Source: Alphaproteobacteria bacterium
Lineage (GTDB): Bacteria > Pseudomonadota > Alphaproteobacteria > JAAXGF01
Reading direction: 5' to 3'
Length of the DNA: 64,000 bases
Assembly (NCBI GenBank): GCA_963555825.3
Contig: CAUVXB020000002.1
Span: 2,848,001-2,912,000 of the forward strand
A model generated the notes under the pieces. That model was not told the DNA's origin. It did not search any database and saw nothing but the letters and a program-made list of their open reading frames with translations. A program made the translations under genes and the position numbers. Shown here one piece after another: positions 10,261 to 20,092 of the stretch. How positions within the stretch are numbered: position 1 is the stretch's first letter; each line of letters starts with the position of its first letter.

Positions 10261-10844
10261 TCGTCCGCTCCCCTATACGGAAGATTTTGATGGTCGGAGA
10301 ATTGACTGCTTATGTAACCGCTGTAGTTCTTGTACCCGAACCGCCGAAAGCCGCCGTGGACGACATGGTAGGTGATCAATTCGGAAAGTACGAACGTCTT
10401 GACGCGTCCCGCGCGCCCACGTTCGTCGGCTACGGAGCCATGCGTCAGTAATAGCCAAAAGGCATCCAAATCGTTATCCGTCTGGGCCGTCGCGCGACGC
10501 CATACCTCGGCAGCCTCTTCGTACTCGGTCAGGTAGCTCGGCACCTCCTCGGTTTTCAGGCCGAGATCGTCAATCAGATAGCCGCCATATTCGGAATGCC
10601 CCTCGAGATCCCAACTCACCACAATTTGGGCCGAAATCGCCTCAAGCGCTTTCAGGTCGTCCCGCCGCAGTTGGCCGGTACGCTGCGGTTGCCGCATCAG
10701 CGGCCGATTGTCCACGTGTTCGGCAAGCCAAGCGTCGAGGTCCGGCGATGCGAAAACGACACGAGGCCCGACAACCACGAAGGGCAGCGCCAATGACACC
10801 GTCAGATTATGGAACTCACGCCTCGTCAAACCGCCTTTGACCAT
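10257..10844 (-). CDS. Tat-signal protein, probable small subunit of the GMC dehydrogenase
   Basis: LTRREF twin-arginine motif plus hydrophobic stretch; C-terminal GGFRRFGYKNYSGY; ATGA overlap with the GMC gene. Confidence 0.7.
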   Translation of the reverse strand: MVKGGLTRREFHNLTVSLALPFVVVGPRVVFASPDLDAWLAEHVDNRPLMRQPQRTGQLRRDDLKALEAISAQIVVSWDLEGHSEYGGYLIDDLGLKTEEVPSYLTEYEEAAEVWRRATAQTDNDLDAFWLLLTHGSVADERGRAGRVKTFVLSELITYHVVHGGFRRFGYKNYSGYISSQFSDHQNLPYRGADE

Positions 10845-11194
10845 TTCAATCGAGATCCTTTGGTTAATCCCTTAGTTCAACCTACGTTACAGGACGTTGA
10901 CGGCTTGACGATCGTCCGAGAACGGGATTCCACCATAGTTGCGTCGGCACGGTTGAAACAGCTAAAAATTGTAATAGTTAAAGTTTTACACTGTTAGGTC
11001 GGCCAACGGATCGGCCAAGTGCTTGGCATTCCGGCAACCGAGGTGGGCCCGCGTGACATCAACAAATCCCGCAAAGCCTTGCAGGACCGGTTTCGTTGGG
11101 CCGAGGGGCGACACCTACAATCATGCGGCGCGCGGCCCGACGACGTCTTTTCGTCCCGCTGCGCGCCGCTGCCGGCGGTCGACCCGTGTCGCGC

Positions 11195-11716
11195 TCAGCG
11201 GCAGTGGCGCGCGACGTGGTCGGCGGCTGCCGGGGCGATCTTCTCCTGGACCAGGGCGGTGATGGCGCGGTCGGCGTCGGACCAGGCGCGCGGCGCTTCG
11301 ATCATGCAGGGCTCGAGAATGCCGTACATCAGCCCGTCGTGGTAGAGCGGCGCGTGGATCAGCGCGCGGTGGCCGAAATGGGCGACCTCGTAAGGGCCGT
11401 TGACCAGCGCCGGGTCGGCGCTCAGCACGTCCTCGATATAGAGCGCCGCCGGGTCGCGTAGCGCCAAGGCGAACATCGGGTCGTCGTCGGGCAGTGACGG
11501 GCTTTCGACCGGCCAGCCCGCGTCATCGCGGGTCAGCGCATACGCCGGTTTGCGCTGCCAGGCGTGCGTCGCGCGGGCGCGCCGGCTATGCGGGTCGCGC
11601 AGGAACAGAACGCAGCGGTCACAATCGATTGCCGCGGCATACGCCGCCGGAAGCCGGTCGAGCAACACGTCGGGCGATGCGCCGCTGTCGAGCAGCGCCT
11701 GCAGGTCTTCGGTCAT
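11195..11716 (-). CDS. Stand-alone GAF-domain protein
   Basis: CDRCVLFL...YIEDV...GHRALIHAPLYHDGLMYGIL...PRAWSDAD; GGAGGG RBS before the ATG at 11716. Confidence 0.8.
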   Translation of the reverse strand: MTEDLQALLDSGASPDVLLDRLPAAYAAAIDCDRCVLFLRDPHSRRARATHAWQRKPAYALTRDDAGWPVESPSLPDDDPMFALALRDPAALYIEDVLSADPALVNGPYEVAHFGHRALIHAPLYHDGLMYGILEPCMIEAPRAWSDADRAITALVQEKIAPAAADHVARHCR

Positions 11717-11844
11717 GTCGTCCCCTCCGCCCGGTGTCGGCCCGATCTGATCCTCGGTATAAAGGCTTTTGTCGAACAGCGGCCGAATTTCGGCTAAAGG
11801 AAGTGGCGGCCCACGGCGGGCGGGCGTTGAACGGCGGGTCATCC

Positions 11845-13380
11845 ATGATACCAGCAATCCTGGCGATCGATCTGGGGTCGAGCACGGTCAAGGCGGCCGT
11901 GGTCGACCATTCCGGCGCGCTTCGCGGCACCGGCGCCGGCACGATCGAGTTGATCCTGGGCGGGGACGGCGCCGCCGAACAGTCGCCGGACCAGCTCTGG
12001 GCGGCGGTGATGGGCGCCTGTCGCCGGGCGATCGGCGCGTCCAGCGCCGGCGCCGCCGAGATCGTCGGCATCGCGTGTTCGAGCCAGTATTCCTCGGTCG
12101 TGCCGGTCGACGCGGCGGGCGAGGCCGCCGCCAACCTGATCCTGTGGCGCGACACGCGGGGCGCCAAGCATGCCCGCGCGCTGATCGAGGGCAACCCGGA
12201 CGCGCGCGCGACCTGGACCGAAATTCACGGCCTGCCGCCGTCGGTCGAGGGCCGCGACACGCTGGCGCATATGCTCTACGTCAAGAATGAGGCGCCCGAC
12301 GTCTACGCGCGGGTCGACGCCTTCCTCGAGCCGGTCGATTACCTCAATCTCAGGTTCTCGGGCGTCACCGCCGCGAACCAATGCAGCGTCTACAAGATGC
12401 TGCTGACCGACAACCGCCAATCGAATGCGCGCGACTATGACCCGACACTCATGGCGCTCGCCGGCATCGGCGCCGACAAGCTGCCGCCGCTCATCGACAT
12501 CGACGCGGTGGTCGGCGGGCTGCGCGCCGACGTCGCCGACGAACTCGGCCTCGCGGCGGGCATCGCGGTGATGGGCGGCGTCAACGACAACCATGCGGTG
12601 GCGCTGGCGACCGGTGCGCTGGAGAAGCGCCGGGCCGGGCTCTCGATCGGCACGACGGCGAACATCTCGGCGCTGGTCGACGGCCTGAAGAGCGACCCGG
12701 TGAAACGCCTGGCGGCGATGCCGAGCTCGCTGCCGGGGCGCAACATGGTGATGGCCGAGAACGGCCTCGGCGGCAAGGTGCTGGAGCTGGTCCTGCGCCA
12801 GCTCTTCTTCCCCGATGCGGACGACGACTCGGGCGCGCCGTTCGACGCCGTCGAACTCGCGGCGGCGCAGGGTGCGCCCGGCTCGGGCGGCGTGCTGTTC
12901 CTGCCCTGGATCAACGGCGCCGGGTCGCCGGCGTCGAATGCACGCGCCAGGGCCGGCTTCCTCAACATCTCGCCGGCGACGACGCGCGACGACCTGCTGT
13001 CGGCGGTGCTCGAGGGCATCGCGTTCAACCTGCGCTGGCTCAACGAGGCGGTCGAGGAGTTCGTCGACGACCGCTTCGAGCGGGTCATGTTCCTGGGCGG
13101 CGGCGCGCAGTCCGACGCCTGGTCGCGCATCCTGGCCGATGTCCTCGACCGGCCGGTCCACCAGATGGCCGACGCGCGGTTCGCGCCGTGCAAGGGCCTG
13201 GCCTATCGCGCGCTGGTGCGGCTCGGCCATCTGGCTGAGGATGCGCGCGACGACTTCCTGCGCGTCAGGGCGGTATACGATCCGCGCAACGAACACCGCG
13301 CCCTCTACGATGCGGTCTACGGCCAATTCCTGGCGGCGTATGAGAACAACATTGCGATTTTCACGGCGTTGAATGGATGA
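11845..13380 (+). CDS. FGGY-family carbohydrate kinase (xylulokinase-like)
   Basis: ILAIDLGSSTVKA, ILWRDTRG, SIGTT, AVLEGIA, GGGAQS. Confidence 0.9.
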   Translation: MIPAILAIDLGSSTVKAAVVDHSGALRGTGAGTIELILGGDGAAEQSPDQLWAAVMGACRRAIGASSAGAAEIVGIACSSQYSSVVPVDAAGEAAANLILWRDTRGAKHARALIEGNPDARATWTEIHGLPPSVEGRDTLAHMLYVKNEAPDVYARVDAFLEPVDYLNLRFSGVTAANQCSVYKMLLTDNRQSNARDYDPTLMALAGIGADKLPPLIDIDAVVGGLRADVADELGLAAGIAVMGGVNDNHAVALATGALEKRRAGLSIGTTANISALVDGLKSDPVKRLAAMPSSLPGRNMVMAENGLGGKVLELVLRQLFFPDADDDSGAPFDAVELAAAQGAPGSGGVLFLPWINGAGSPASNARARAGFLNISPATTRDDLLSAVLEGIAFNLRWLNEAVEEFVDDRFERVMFLGGGAQSDAWSRILADVLDRPVHQMADARFAPCKGLAYRALVRLGHLAEDARDDFLRVRAVYDPRNEHRALYDAVYGQFLAAYENNIAIFTALNG

Positions 13381-13407
13381 TGTCGTGAGGCAACCTGGGA
13401 GGCGACG

Positions 13408-14848
13408 ATGTCGGACAAACTGAGGCCGGACGCCAGGCGGTCCTACCCCTATCGGGAACGCTACGGCGCGCTTCACGCGCTGCCCGAGGCGGCGATCGGG
13501 CGCGATGAAATCCTGCGTCAGGCCGCCGAGATGGCCGAGCGGGAGGACCGGGTGTGGTCGGACGGGCTGTGCTCGGGGACGATCTACGCCGGCGATCACG
13601 CGCATTACGCGTTCTTGAACGAGGTCTTCGCGCATTATTCCCACGTCAACGCGCTGCAGCGCGACATGTGCCCCAGCCAGTCGCGTTTCGAGGCCGAGAT
13701 CATCGCCATGACGCTCGACATGCTGAACGGCGACGCGGTGGCGCGCGACACGCCCGGCCAGGAGGTCTGCGGCGTGGTCGGCAACGGCGGCACCGAGAGC
13801 ATCATCTCGGCGCTGCTCGCCTACCGCGAGACGCACCGCGAGACGCGCGGCATCACGGCGCCCGAGATCATCATTCCGGTCACGGCGCACGCGGCGTTCG
13901 ACAAGGGCGCGCACTACTTCGGCTTACGGGTGATCCACGCGCCGGTCGACCCGGCGACGACCCTGGTCGACGTCGATTTCGTCGCGGATCACATCAACCG
14001 CAACACCATCGCGCTGGTCGGCTCGGCGGGCAACTACCCCTACGGCACGATCGACCCGATCGCCGCGCTGTCCGACCTGGCGCTCGAGCACGGCATCGGC
14101 CTGCACGTCGACGGCTGCCTGGGCGGCTTCATCCTGCCGTGGGGCGAGCGGCTCGGCTACGACATCCCGGTGTTCGACTTCCGCCTGCCCGGCGTGACCT
14201 CGATCTCGGCCGACACGCACAAGTACGGCTATGCGCTGAAGGGCACCTCGGTCGTGCTCTACCGCGACAAGACGCTGCGCGCAGGCCAGTTCTTCTCACA
14301 GCCGGTCTGGCCGGGCGGCATGTACGCCTTCGCCCGGCATCGGCGGCAGCCGCTCGGGCGGGCTGCTCGCCGCCGCCTGGGCGGCGATGGTCAGCCTGGG
14401 CCAAGACGGCTATATGGCGCGCGCCAAGGCGATCTTCGAGACCGCCTTCGCCATGCAGGCCGTGGTCGCCGAAACGCCCGAGCTGCGCATCATGGGCGCG
14501 CCGACCTTCTGCTTCGCCTTCACCGCCGACGATTTCGACATCTACCACGTCAACGACGACATGAAGCGCCGCGGCTGGCGCTTCAACGGCCAGCAGTACC
14601 CGAGCGCGATCCACATGTGCGTCACCGGCCCGCAGACCCAGCCCGGCGTCGTCGAGCGCTTCCGCGACGACCTCGCGGCGGGCGTCGCCTACGCCAAGAC
14701 GACGAACGAGCCGGTCGCGCGCTCGGGCTCGTTCTACGGCGGCGCCGGCGCGCAAGCGACGGCGGAGAACGTCGACATCGCCGATTTACGCCAAAAACTC
14801 GTCCGCGCGCTCGAGATGAACCTCGAGCAGCCCGAGGAGTTAGTATAG
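13408..14848 (+). CDS. PLP-dependent enzyme, sphingosine-1-phosphate lyase-like; +1 frameshift near 14329
   Basis: GGTESI, TAHAAFDKG, HVDGCLGGF, SISADTHKYG (PLP Lys); removing one T restores YASPGIGGSRSG. Confidence 0.85.
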
Positions 14849-14947
14849 GTGACGGTCACCTTTGGTGACCTGCGCTCAGTCGCCGCGCTTGCTTCCGCCG
14901 AACGGTCGGCGGCCCGCGGTCGCGGGCTGGCGCTTCGCGCGGCCTAG
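14840..14947 (+). repeat. Modular hairpin repeat family, copy 2 (minimal, 0 units)
   Basis: ggtcacctttggtgacctgcgctcagtcgccgcgcttgc...gccgaacggtcggcggcccgcggtcgcgggctg; overlaps both convergent stop codons. Confidence 0.8.
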
Positions 14948-15294
14948 AGAACTCGTCGCAGGACGTGGCGGCGGTTGGTCGTATAGGGCCGTACCTCGCC
15001 GGCCCACCGTCCGGCCTCGACCGCGGCGGCCCATTCCGGGCTGACCAGCACCTCGGGGCCCTCGATCTCGTAGATCGCCGAGAAACGTGGCTCCCCCTCG
15101 GCCGTGATCTGGCGTTCCTCGCTGCCGATGCTGAGCGTCAGCGGCGCCGTCTCGAGCCGGGTGATCGAAATCACGCCCGGCACCGCCAGCAGGCTCGGCA
15201 CATGCTCTGTGTCATAGACCTCATGGAACAGCGCCTCCTTGTCGGGCGCGACGTCCATGCTGGCGTAGAACAGATACTTCCCGGTGATCGGCAT
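14944..15294 (-). CDS. EthD-like / dimeric alpha-beta barrel protein
   Basis: MDVAPDKEALFHEVYDTEHVPSLLAVPGV...FSAIYEIE; GGGAGG RBS. Confidence 0.7.
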   Translation of the reverse strand: MPITGKYLFYASMDVAPDKEALFHEVYDTEHVPSLLAVPGVISITRLETAPLTLSIGSEERQITAEGEPRFSAIYEIEGPEVLVSPEWAAAVEAGRWAGEVRPYTTNRRHVLRRVL

Positions 15295-15363
15295 GCGCTG
15301 CCTCCCTTCCGACGGGCGATCTTCTGGTAGCATAGCCTGGATCGGCAAAGGTAGGAGCGCGCG

Positions 15364-16083
15364 ATGTACGGCAAGACGACCGCTGAGATCCTCGGCAGCG
15401 CGATGGAAATCCTGGTCTTCGAGCCCGCCGGTGAGGGGCCGTTTCCGGGCGTCGTCGTCGCCCAGCACCTGCCGATCGCCCACGCCGGTCTCGAGAAGGA
15501 CCCGTTCACCATCGATGTCGGCGAACGCCTGGCTGGCGCGGGCTATGTCTGCGTCATCCCCTTCGTCTTCCACTGGTGGCCGCCCGACGCCGATATCGAC
15601 GTCAAGCGCGCCGAATTCCGCGACGACTGGACGGTCGCCGACATGGCCGCGGCCTATGACCGGCTCGCCGGCATGCCCAACGTCGACGGCGGCCGCATCG
15701 GCATCGTCGGGCACTGCTGGGGCGGCCGCATCGCCTGGCTAGTGGCCTGCCACAACGCCCGCTACAAGGCCGCCGCCGTGTTCTACGGCGGGCGCATCAA
15801 GGTGGCCATGGGGCCGGACGCGGTGCCGCCGATCGAGCTCGCCGACCGCATCCCGTGCCGGGTGCTCGGCATCTTCGGCAACGACGACGAGAACCCGTCG
15901 CCGGCCGACGTCGACGACCTCGACGCCGCGCTCGCCGCGGCGGGCGTCGCGCACGACTTCCACCGCTACGACGGCGCCGGCCACGGCTTCCAGGACTTCG
16001 GCGACGAAACCCGCTACCGCGAGGCGGCCACCGCCGACGCCTGGGACAAGCTGCTGGCGTTCTTCGGTGCTGAGCTGACGTAA
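15364..16083 (+). CDS. Dienelactone hydrolase family protein
   Basis: IGIVGHCWGG nucleophile elbow, YDGAGHGF. Confidence 0.9.
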   Translation: MYGKTTAEILGSAMEILVFEPAGEGPFPGVVVAQHLPIAHAGLEKDPFTIDVGERLAGAGYVCVIPFVFHWWPPDADIDVKRAEFRDDWTVADMAAAYDRLAGMPNVDGGRIGIVGHCWGGRIAWLVACHNARYKAAAVFYGGRIKVAMGPDAVPPIELADRIPCRVLGIFGNDDENPSPADVDDLDAALAAAGVAHDFHRYDGAGHGFQDFGDETRYREAATADAWDKLLAFFGAELT

Positions 16084-16097
16084 GGGCTGCCGCGCGG

Positions 16098-16155
16098 TCA
16101 GCCGTAGGACGTCGTGTCGCCGTCGCCGCGCATGGTGGTCAGGCTTAGCGCGCGG
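16098..16155 (-). repeat. Diverged copy of the last 58 bp of the DUF427 gene (att-like direct repeat of 19192-19249)
   Basis: Translates RALSLTTMRGDGDTTSYG* versus RVLSLTTLRGDGDATPYG*. Confidence 0.85.
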
Positions 16156-16416
16156 ATTGGTCAGTGGGTTGGGTTTTCGGCCGCCAAATCGGTCCGATAG
16201 GGAGCGAAACCCAACCTACCGAGCCAGTTCACGACGGGAAGTGCGGTGCGAATGCCCTTCGTGCTACCATCATCGGCAACTGGGCGGGGGGCGAGCCATC
16301 TGGCCAATCTCGCTTGGGTCAAATTGGCAATTGTAGTTTGACACAAGAGACTCGGAAGTAGTCAATATTTTTTCTTATTTCATATTGTATCGATCCACAA
16401 GAACGAAGGAAAACCG

Positions 16417-16593
16417 ATGGTTTCTACATCTACGGCAACACAAGAAAGGTTTCCAAAAGAAGTTACTGAAGATGAAATTAGGCAACTATCGAAACTGCGC
16501 GAAAAGGCGGGGGCCATATCGACCAAGTTTACAATGGAAGGGGAATATTGGGTTCTGACTACGGAGTGGGCAGTGTTAGGAGATGACGCATAA
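16417..16593 (+). CDS. Small hypothetical protein (58 aa), absent from the ORF track
   Basis: GAAGGA RBS; MVSTSTATQERFPKEVTEDEIRQLSKLREKAGAISTKFTMEGEYWVLTTEWAVLGDDA; TTGACA at 16338. Confidence 0.6.
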   Translation: MVSTSTATQERFPKEVTEDEIRQLSKLREKAGAISTKFTMEGEYWVLTTEWAVLGDDA

Positions 16594-16737
16594 ACTCGGA
16601 CGTCTTTGGCCCGCTCTGTCCACGTCCTTTGCCGATGGGGACGGGGTTCCGCTCTGGCCGCGCGCCACCGTTTGTCGTGGCTTCGGGCTAGAATCGCCAC
16701 TTGTCGTGGTAGCAGCCGTGGGGGAGGCGCAGGACAT

Positions 16738-19130
16738 TTGCTAAACGACGATCGCCCGCAAGTCGAAGGACAGGGGAATGCAGCGACCGAGACACCGGAG
16801 CTGCGAGAGATTCCTGTGGAAGAGCTTGGCGAGATTCTCGCCGATCATAAGAAGTGGCTGGAATCAGAAAAGCAACAAGGTAAAAGGGCTGACCTATCAT
16901 ACGCCAACCTCCGGGGGGCCTACCTCATAGGCGCCAACCTCCAGAGGGCTGACCTCAAAGGCGCCAATCTCGAGAGGACCGATCTCCGCGTAGCCAACCT
17001 CCAGAGGGCCGACCTCCGCGAAGCACCCTCCGGGGCGCCGTCCTCAACATCGCAGATCTCCGCCTAGCCAACCTCCAGAGGGCCGACCTCCAAGGGGCCG
17101 AGCTCGTAGGCAGCAAACTCCAGGGGGCAGACCTTGAGCGCGCCGACCTTCGGCGCGCCGACCTGCGTAGTGCGGACATGGAGGTTCCCCAGCCCAACAA
17201 CAACCAGCCGACCAGCGGTGAAAAAGCGGGTTTTGAGAGTACTGGAGCTGCAGCTTCTCAGCTAACAAACCTCAAGCTCGCCGATTTTCGCGATGCCGAC
17301 CTCAGTGACGCCAAGCTCTCGACTGTTAGCGGACTGCAATCGGGCAAGCATGGAGGAAGCGACGTTTCGAACGCCAAGCTGCCCGAGGACATCGCGAAGT
17401 TCGAAGGCCTGGACCACGTCACGGAAATCTCCAAGCATTCGCGCAACATCTTCCTCGCGGTGGTCGGCGGCTGCGTATTCTCGTGGCTGACCATCGCGAC
17501 GACCACCGACGTGGCGCTGCTGACGAACTCCGGTTCCTCACCGCTGCCGATCATCCAGACAAAGGTGCCGATCGCCGGATTCTACTGGGCCGCGCCGGCG
17601 ATCCTGCTGGCGCTGTATTGTTACCTGCACCTCTATCTACAGCGGCTGTGGGAGGGCATGGCGAACCTGCCGGCGATCTTCCTGGACGGACGCAAGCTCG
17701 ACGAATGCGCCTATCCGTGGCTGCTGTCGGGCATCGTGCGCAAGCACGTACCGCTCCTCAAGGATAAGCCACAGGCACGATTGGGGCTCCAGGTCTTCGT
17801 TTCCCTCGTTGCCGCGTGGATGTTCGTGCCCGGAACGCTTGGTCTATTCTGGCTCCGCTACCTCCCCCGGCACGACTGGCCGTGGACGCTGTGGCTGGTG
17901 GCGATTTTCGTCTTCGCCGTCGCCTTCGGAACCGCCTCCTATCGGCTCGCCACAACCACGCTCCGCGGCGAACCAACGACCAAGCCTGACGCGGAGAGCG
18001 AAAACAAGGCAGCCTCCTCGAAATGGAAACGCGCGTTGCGCGCAATACAGGGTTATCGTCCGGACGGCTACACGACGACCGCCGCCACACTTAGCCTTTT
18101 GATTTCATTGGGTGCCATAGAGGGTCGACCCGGCGAGTGGACCAAGGACGTTCGGCATTGGGTCTACACTCTTGCCGAAATCGCAGATTACTATCCGGCC
18201 CTCGAATTGGTCGGCGAAGACGTTTCGTTCAAACCGGAGGACTGGAGCGAACTCGGCAAAGAGGCAGATGAGTTGAGCCCGGCCGACCTCGCCGAGGTGA
18301 AGGGCGCGCAGCTTGCGGATAGGGATCTTAAATACGCAACAGCCGTCGGCGCCTTCTTTTTGAAGGCTAACCTCCCGGAGGCCGACCTCAGGGGCACCAA
18401 CCTCCAGGGGGCCAACCTCCAGGGGGCCGACCTCAGGGACGCCAACCTCCAGGGGGCCTACCTCAAGGGCGCCAACCTCAAGGGCGCCAACCTCAAGGGG
18501 TCCTACCTCTTCGGCGCCAACCTCCAGAAGGCCGACCTCCCGGGGGCCAACCTCCAGGGGGCCGACCTCAGGGTCGCCAACCTCAAGGGGTCCTACCTCA
18601 TCAGCGCCAACCTCCAGGGGGCCATACTCTTCAGCGCCAACCTCCAGGAGGCCACCCTCGTCAGCGCCAACCTCCAGAAGGCCGACCTCAAGCACGCCAA
18701 CCTCCAGGGGGCCGACCTCAGGTTCGCCAGCCTCCAGAAGGCCGACCTCCAGGGGGCCAACCTCCAGGAGTCCTACCTCTTCGGCGCCAACCTCCAGGAG
18801 GCCGACCTCAGGGTCGCCAACCTCCGGGGGGCCGATTTTGGCGACCCTGAGGTCAGTCCTGTAACCAATCTCGCCGGCGCGGACCTGAGATTCGCAATGG
18901 GTCTTACCCAGGAACAACTCGATCCGGCCTGCGGGGACGATAAGACCGAGTTGCCCGAAGCCCTGACGATCAAGCTGTGCCAAGGGCTCGATCTCAGTGG
19001 ACTCGACCTCCGCGATTTCAAAGGGCTGACCCAGGCGCAGCTCGACGAATCATGCGGCGACGACAAGACGGAGTTGCCCAAAGGCCTGACGATCAAGCCC
19101 TGCACCGACGAAGAATCATCGACGGACTAG
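16738..19130 (+). CDS. Membrane-anchored pentapeptide-repeat protein (paralogue 1), frameshift near 17025
   Basis: TTG start after GGAGG; [16 protein letters not shown](N/D)LxG repeats, hydrophobic TM block, long C-terminal repeat array, duplicated [18 protein letters not shown] cap. Confidence 0.85.
18380..18835 (+). repeat. 15-bp coding tandem repeat array (gccaacctccagggg-like)
   Basis: About 30 near-identical units encoding the pentapeptides. Confidence 0.9.
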
Positions 19131-19191
19131 CTTGCCTGGCGTTTTTGGCACGTAATCTCGAGCGACCACCGCGGTAATTCAATTCGCGCAG

Positions 19192-19833
19192 TCACCCATA
19201 AGGCGTCGCGTCGCCGTCGCCGCGCAGGGTCGTTAGGCTCAGCACGCGGTCCTTGATGCGCGCCTGCCATTCGCGGCCGTCGGCGTCCTGCCACCACACT
19301 TGCGCGTTGCTGTCGGCGGCGAACTCGTAGGGCGCGGTGCCCGGGTTGCGCGACGGGTGCCATTCGCGCGCCAGAGCGGGATAGAGCGCCTTGAGCTGGT
19401 TGGTCGTGTCGATGCGGCCGGGGATCTCGCGCGGGCCCGCGACCGCCGCGCCGTCCTCGGTCCAGGATGCCATGCGGCCCCAGTAGAAGCCGGCGTAGTC
19501 CGCAAGTTCGGGCAGCTGCGGATAGGGGTCTTCGTAGCACCACGCGACGTTGTCGGCCGTGCGGTCGGCGACCGTCAGCGTCCAGTAGCTGGCGACGCCC
19601 TTGTAGGGGCAGAAGCTGTGGTGGTCGGTGCGCGTGAACAGCGCGGCGGCCAAGTCGTCGAACGGCAGGTAGTAGACCGGCGCGTGGCCGAGCTCGAACA
19701 TGACCCGCGCCCGGTCGCTCTCGGCCACCGTCTCGCCGTTGAAGCCGACGGCGACGCGCGCCGGTATCAAGTCGAAGTCGACGACGTAGTGCGGGTTGCC
19801 CGCCCAGCCGGGCGACTCGGCCGGTTGTTCCAT
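19192..19833 (-). CDS. DUF427 protein fused to a degenerate DUF4379-like zinc-ribbon module
   Basis: PVYYLP..FCPYKGVASYW..AWCYEDP, followed by YPALAREWHPSRN...SNAQVWWQ..GREWQARIKDR. Confidence 0.8.
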   Translation of the reverse strand: MEQPAESPGWAGNPHYVVDFDLIPARVAVGFNGETVAESDRARVMFELGHAPVYYLPFDDLAAALFTRTDHHSFCPYKGVASYWTLTVADRTADNVAWCYEDPYPQLPELADYAGFYWGRMASWTEDGAAVAGPREIPGRIDTTNQLKALYPALAREWHPSRNPGTAPYEFAADSNAQVWWQDADGREWQARIKDRVLSLTTLRGDGDATPYG

Positions 19834-19868
19834 GGTGCTGTCTCCGATGGGTCTTGTTGGTGGCTAGT

Positions 19869-20027
19869 TTAGAGTTGGTGCGGTCAACTTCGCTACGCAA
19901 AGATGACCTGCGCTCAATCGCCGCGCATGCCGGTCTTTATCCCACAAGGATTGGCCGAACGGTCGGCGGCCCGCGGTCGCGGGCTGGCATGATCCGACCG
20001 ATCAAAATTGATCGAATCATGCGATGG
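19869..20027 (+). repeat. Modular hairpin repeat family, copy 3 (1 unit)
   Basis: gatgacctgcgctcaatcgccgcgcatgcc-ggtctttatcccacaaggatt-ggccgaacggtcggcggcccgc. Confidence 0.85.
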
Positions 20028-20092
20028 CGCATACCATTGGCGCATCGTGCGACAACGGCTAACCTGTCGTGGCACACATGGGGAGGATCGTC

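Noticed and set aside
16161-16361. 61-65 aa ORFs at the islet edge
   Set aside because: No RBS or recognisable motif, so they cannot be supported
18380-18835. Diversity-generating retroelement target or template
   Set aside because: No reverse transcriptase and no template/variable repeat pair differing only at adenines
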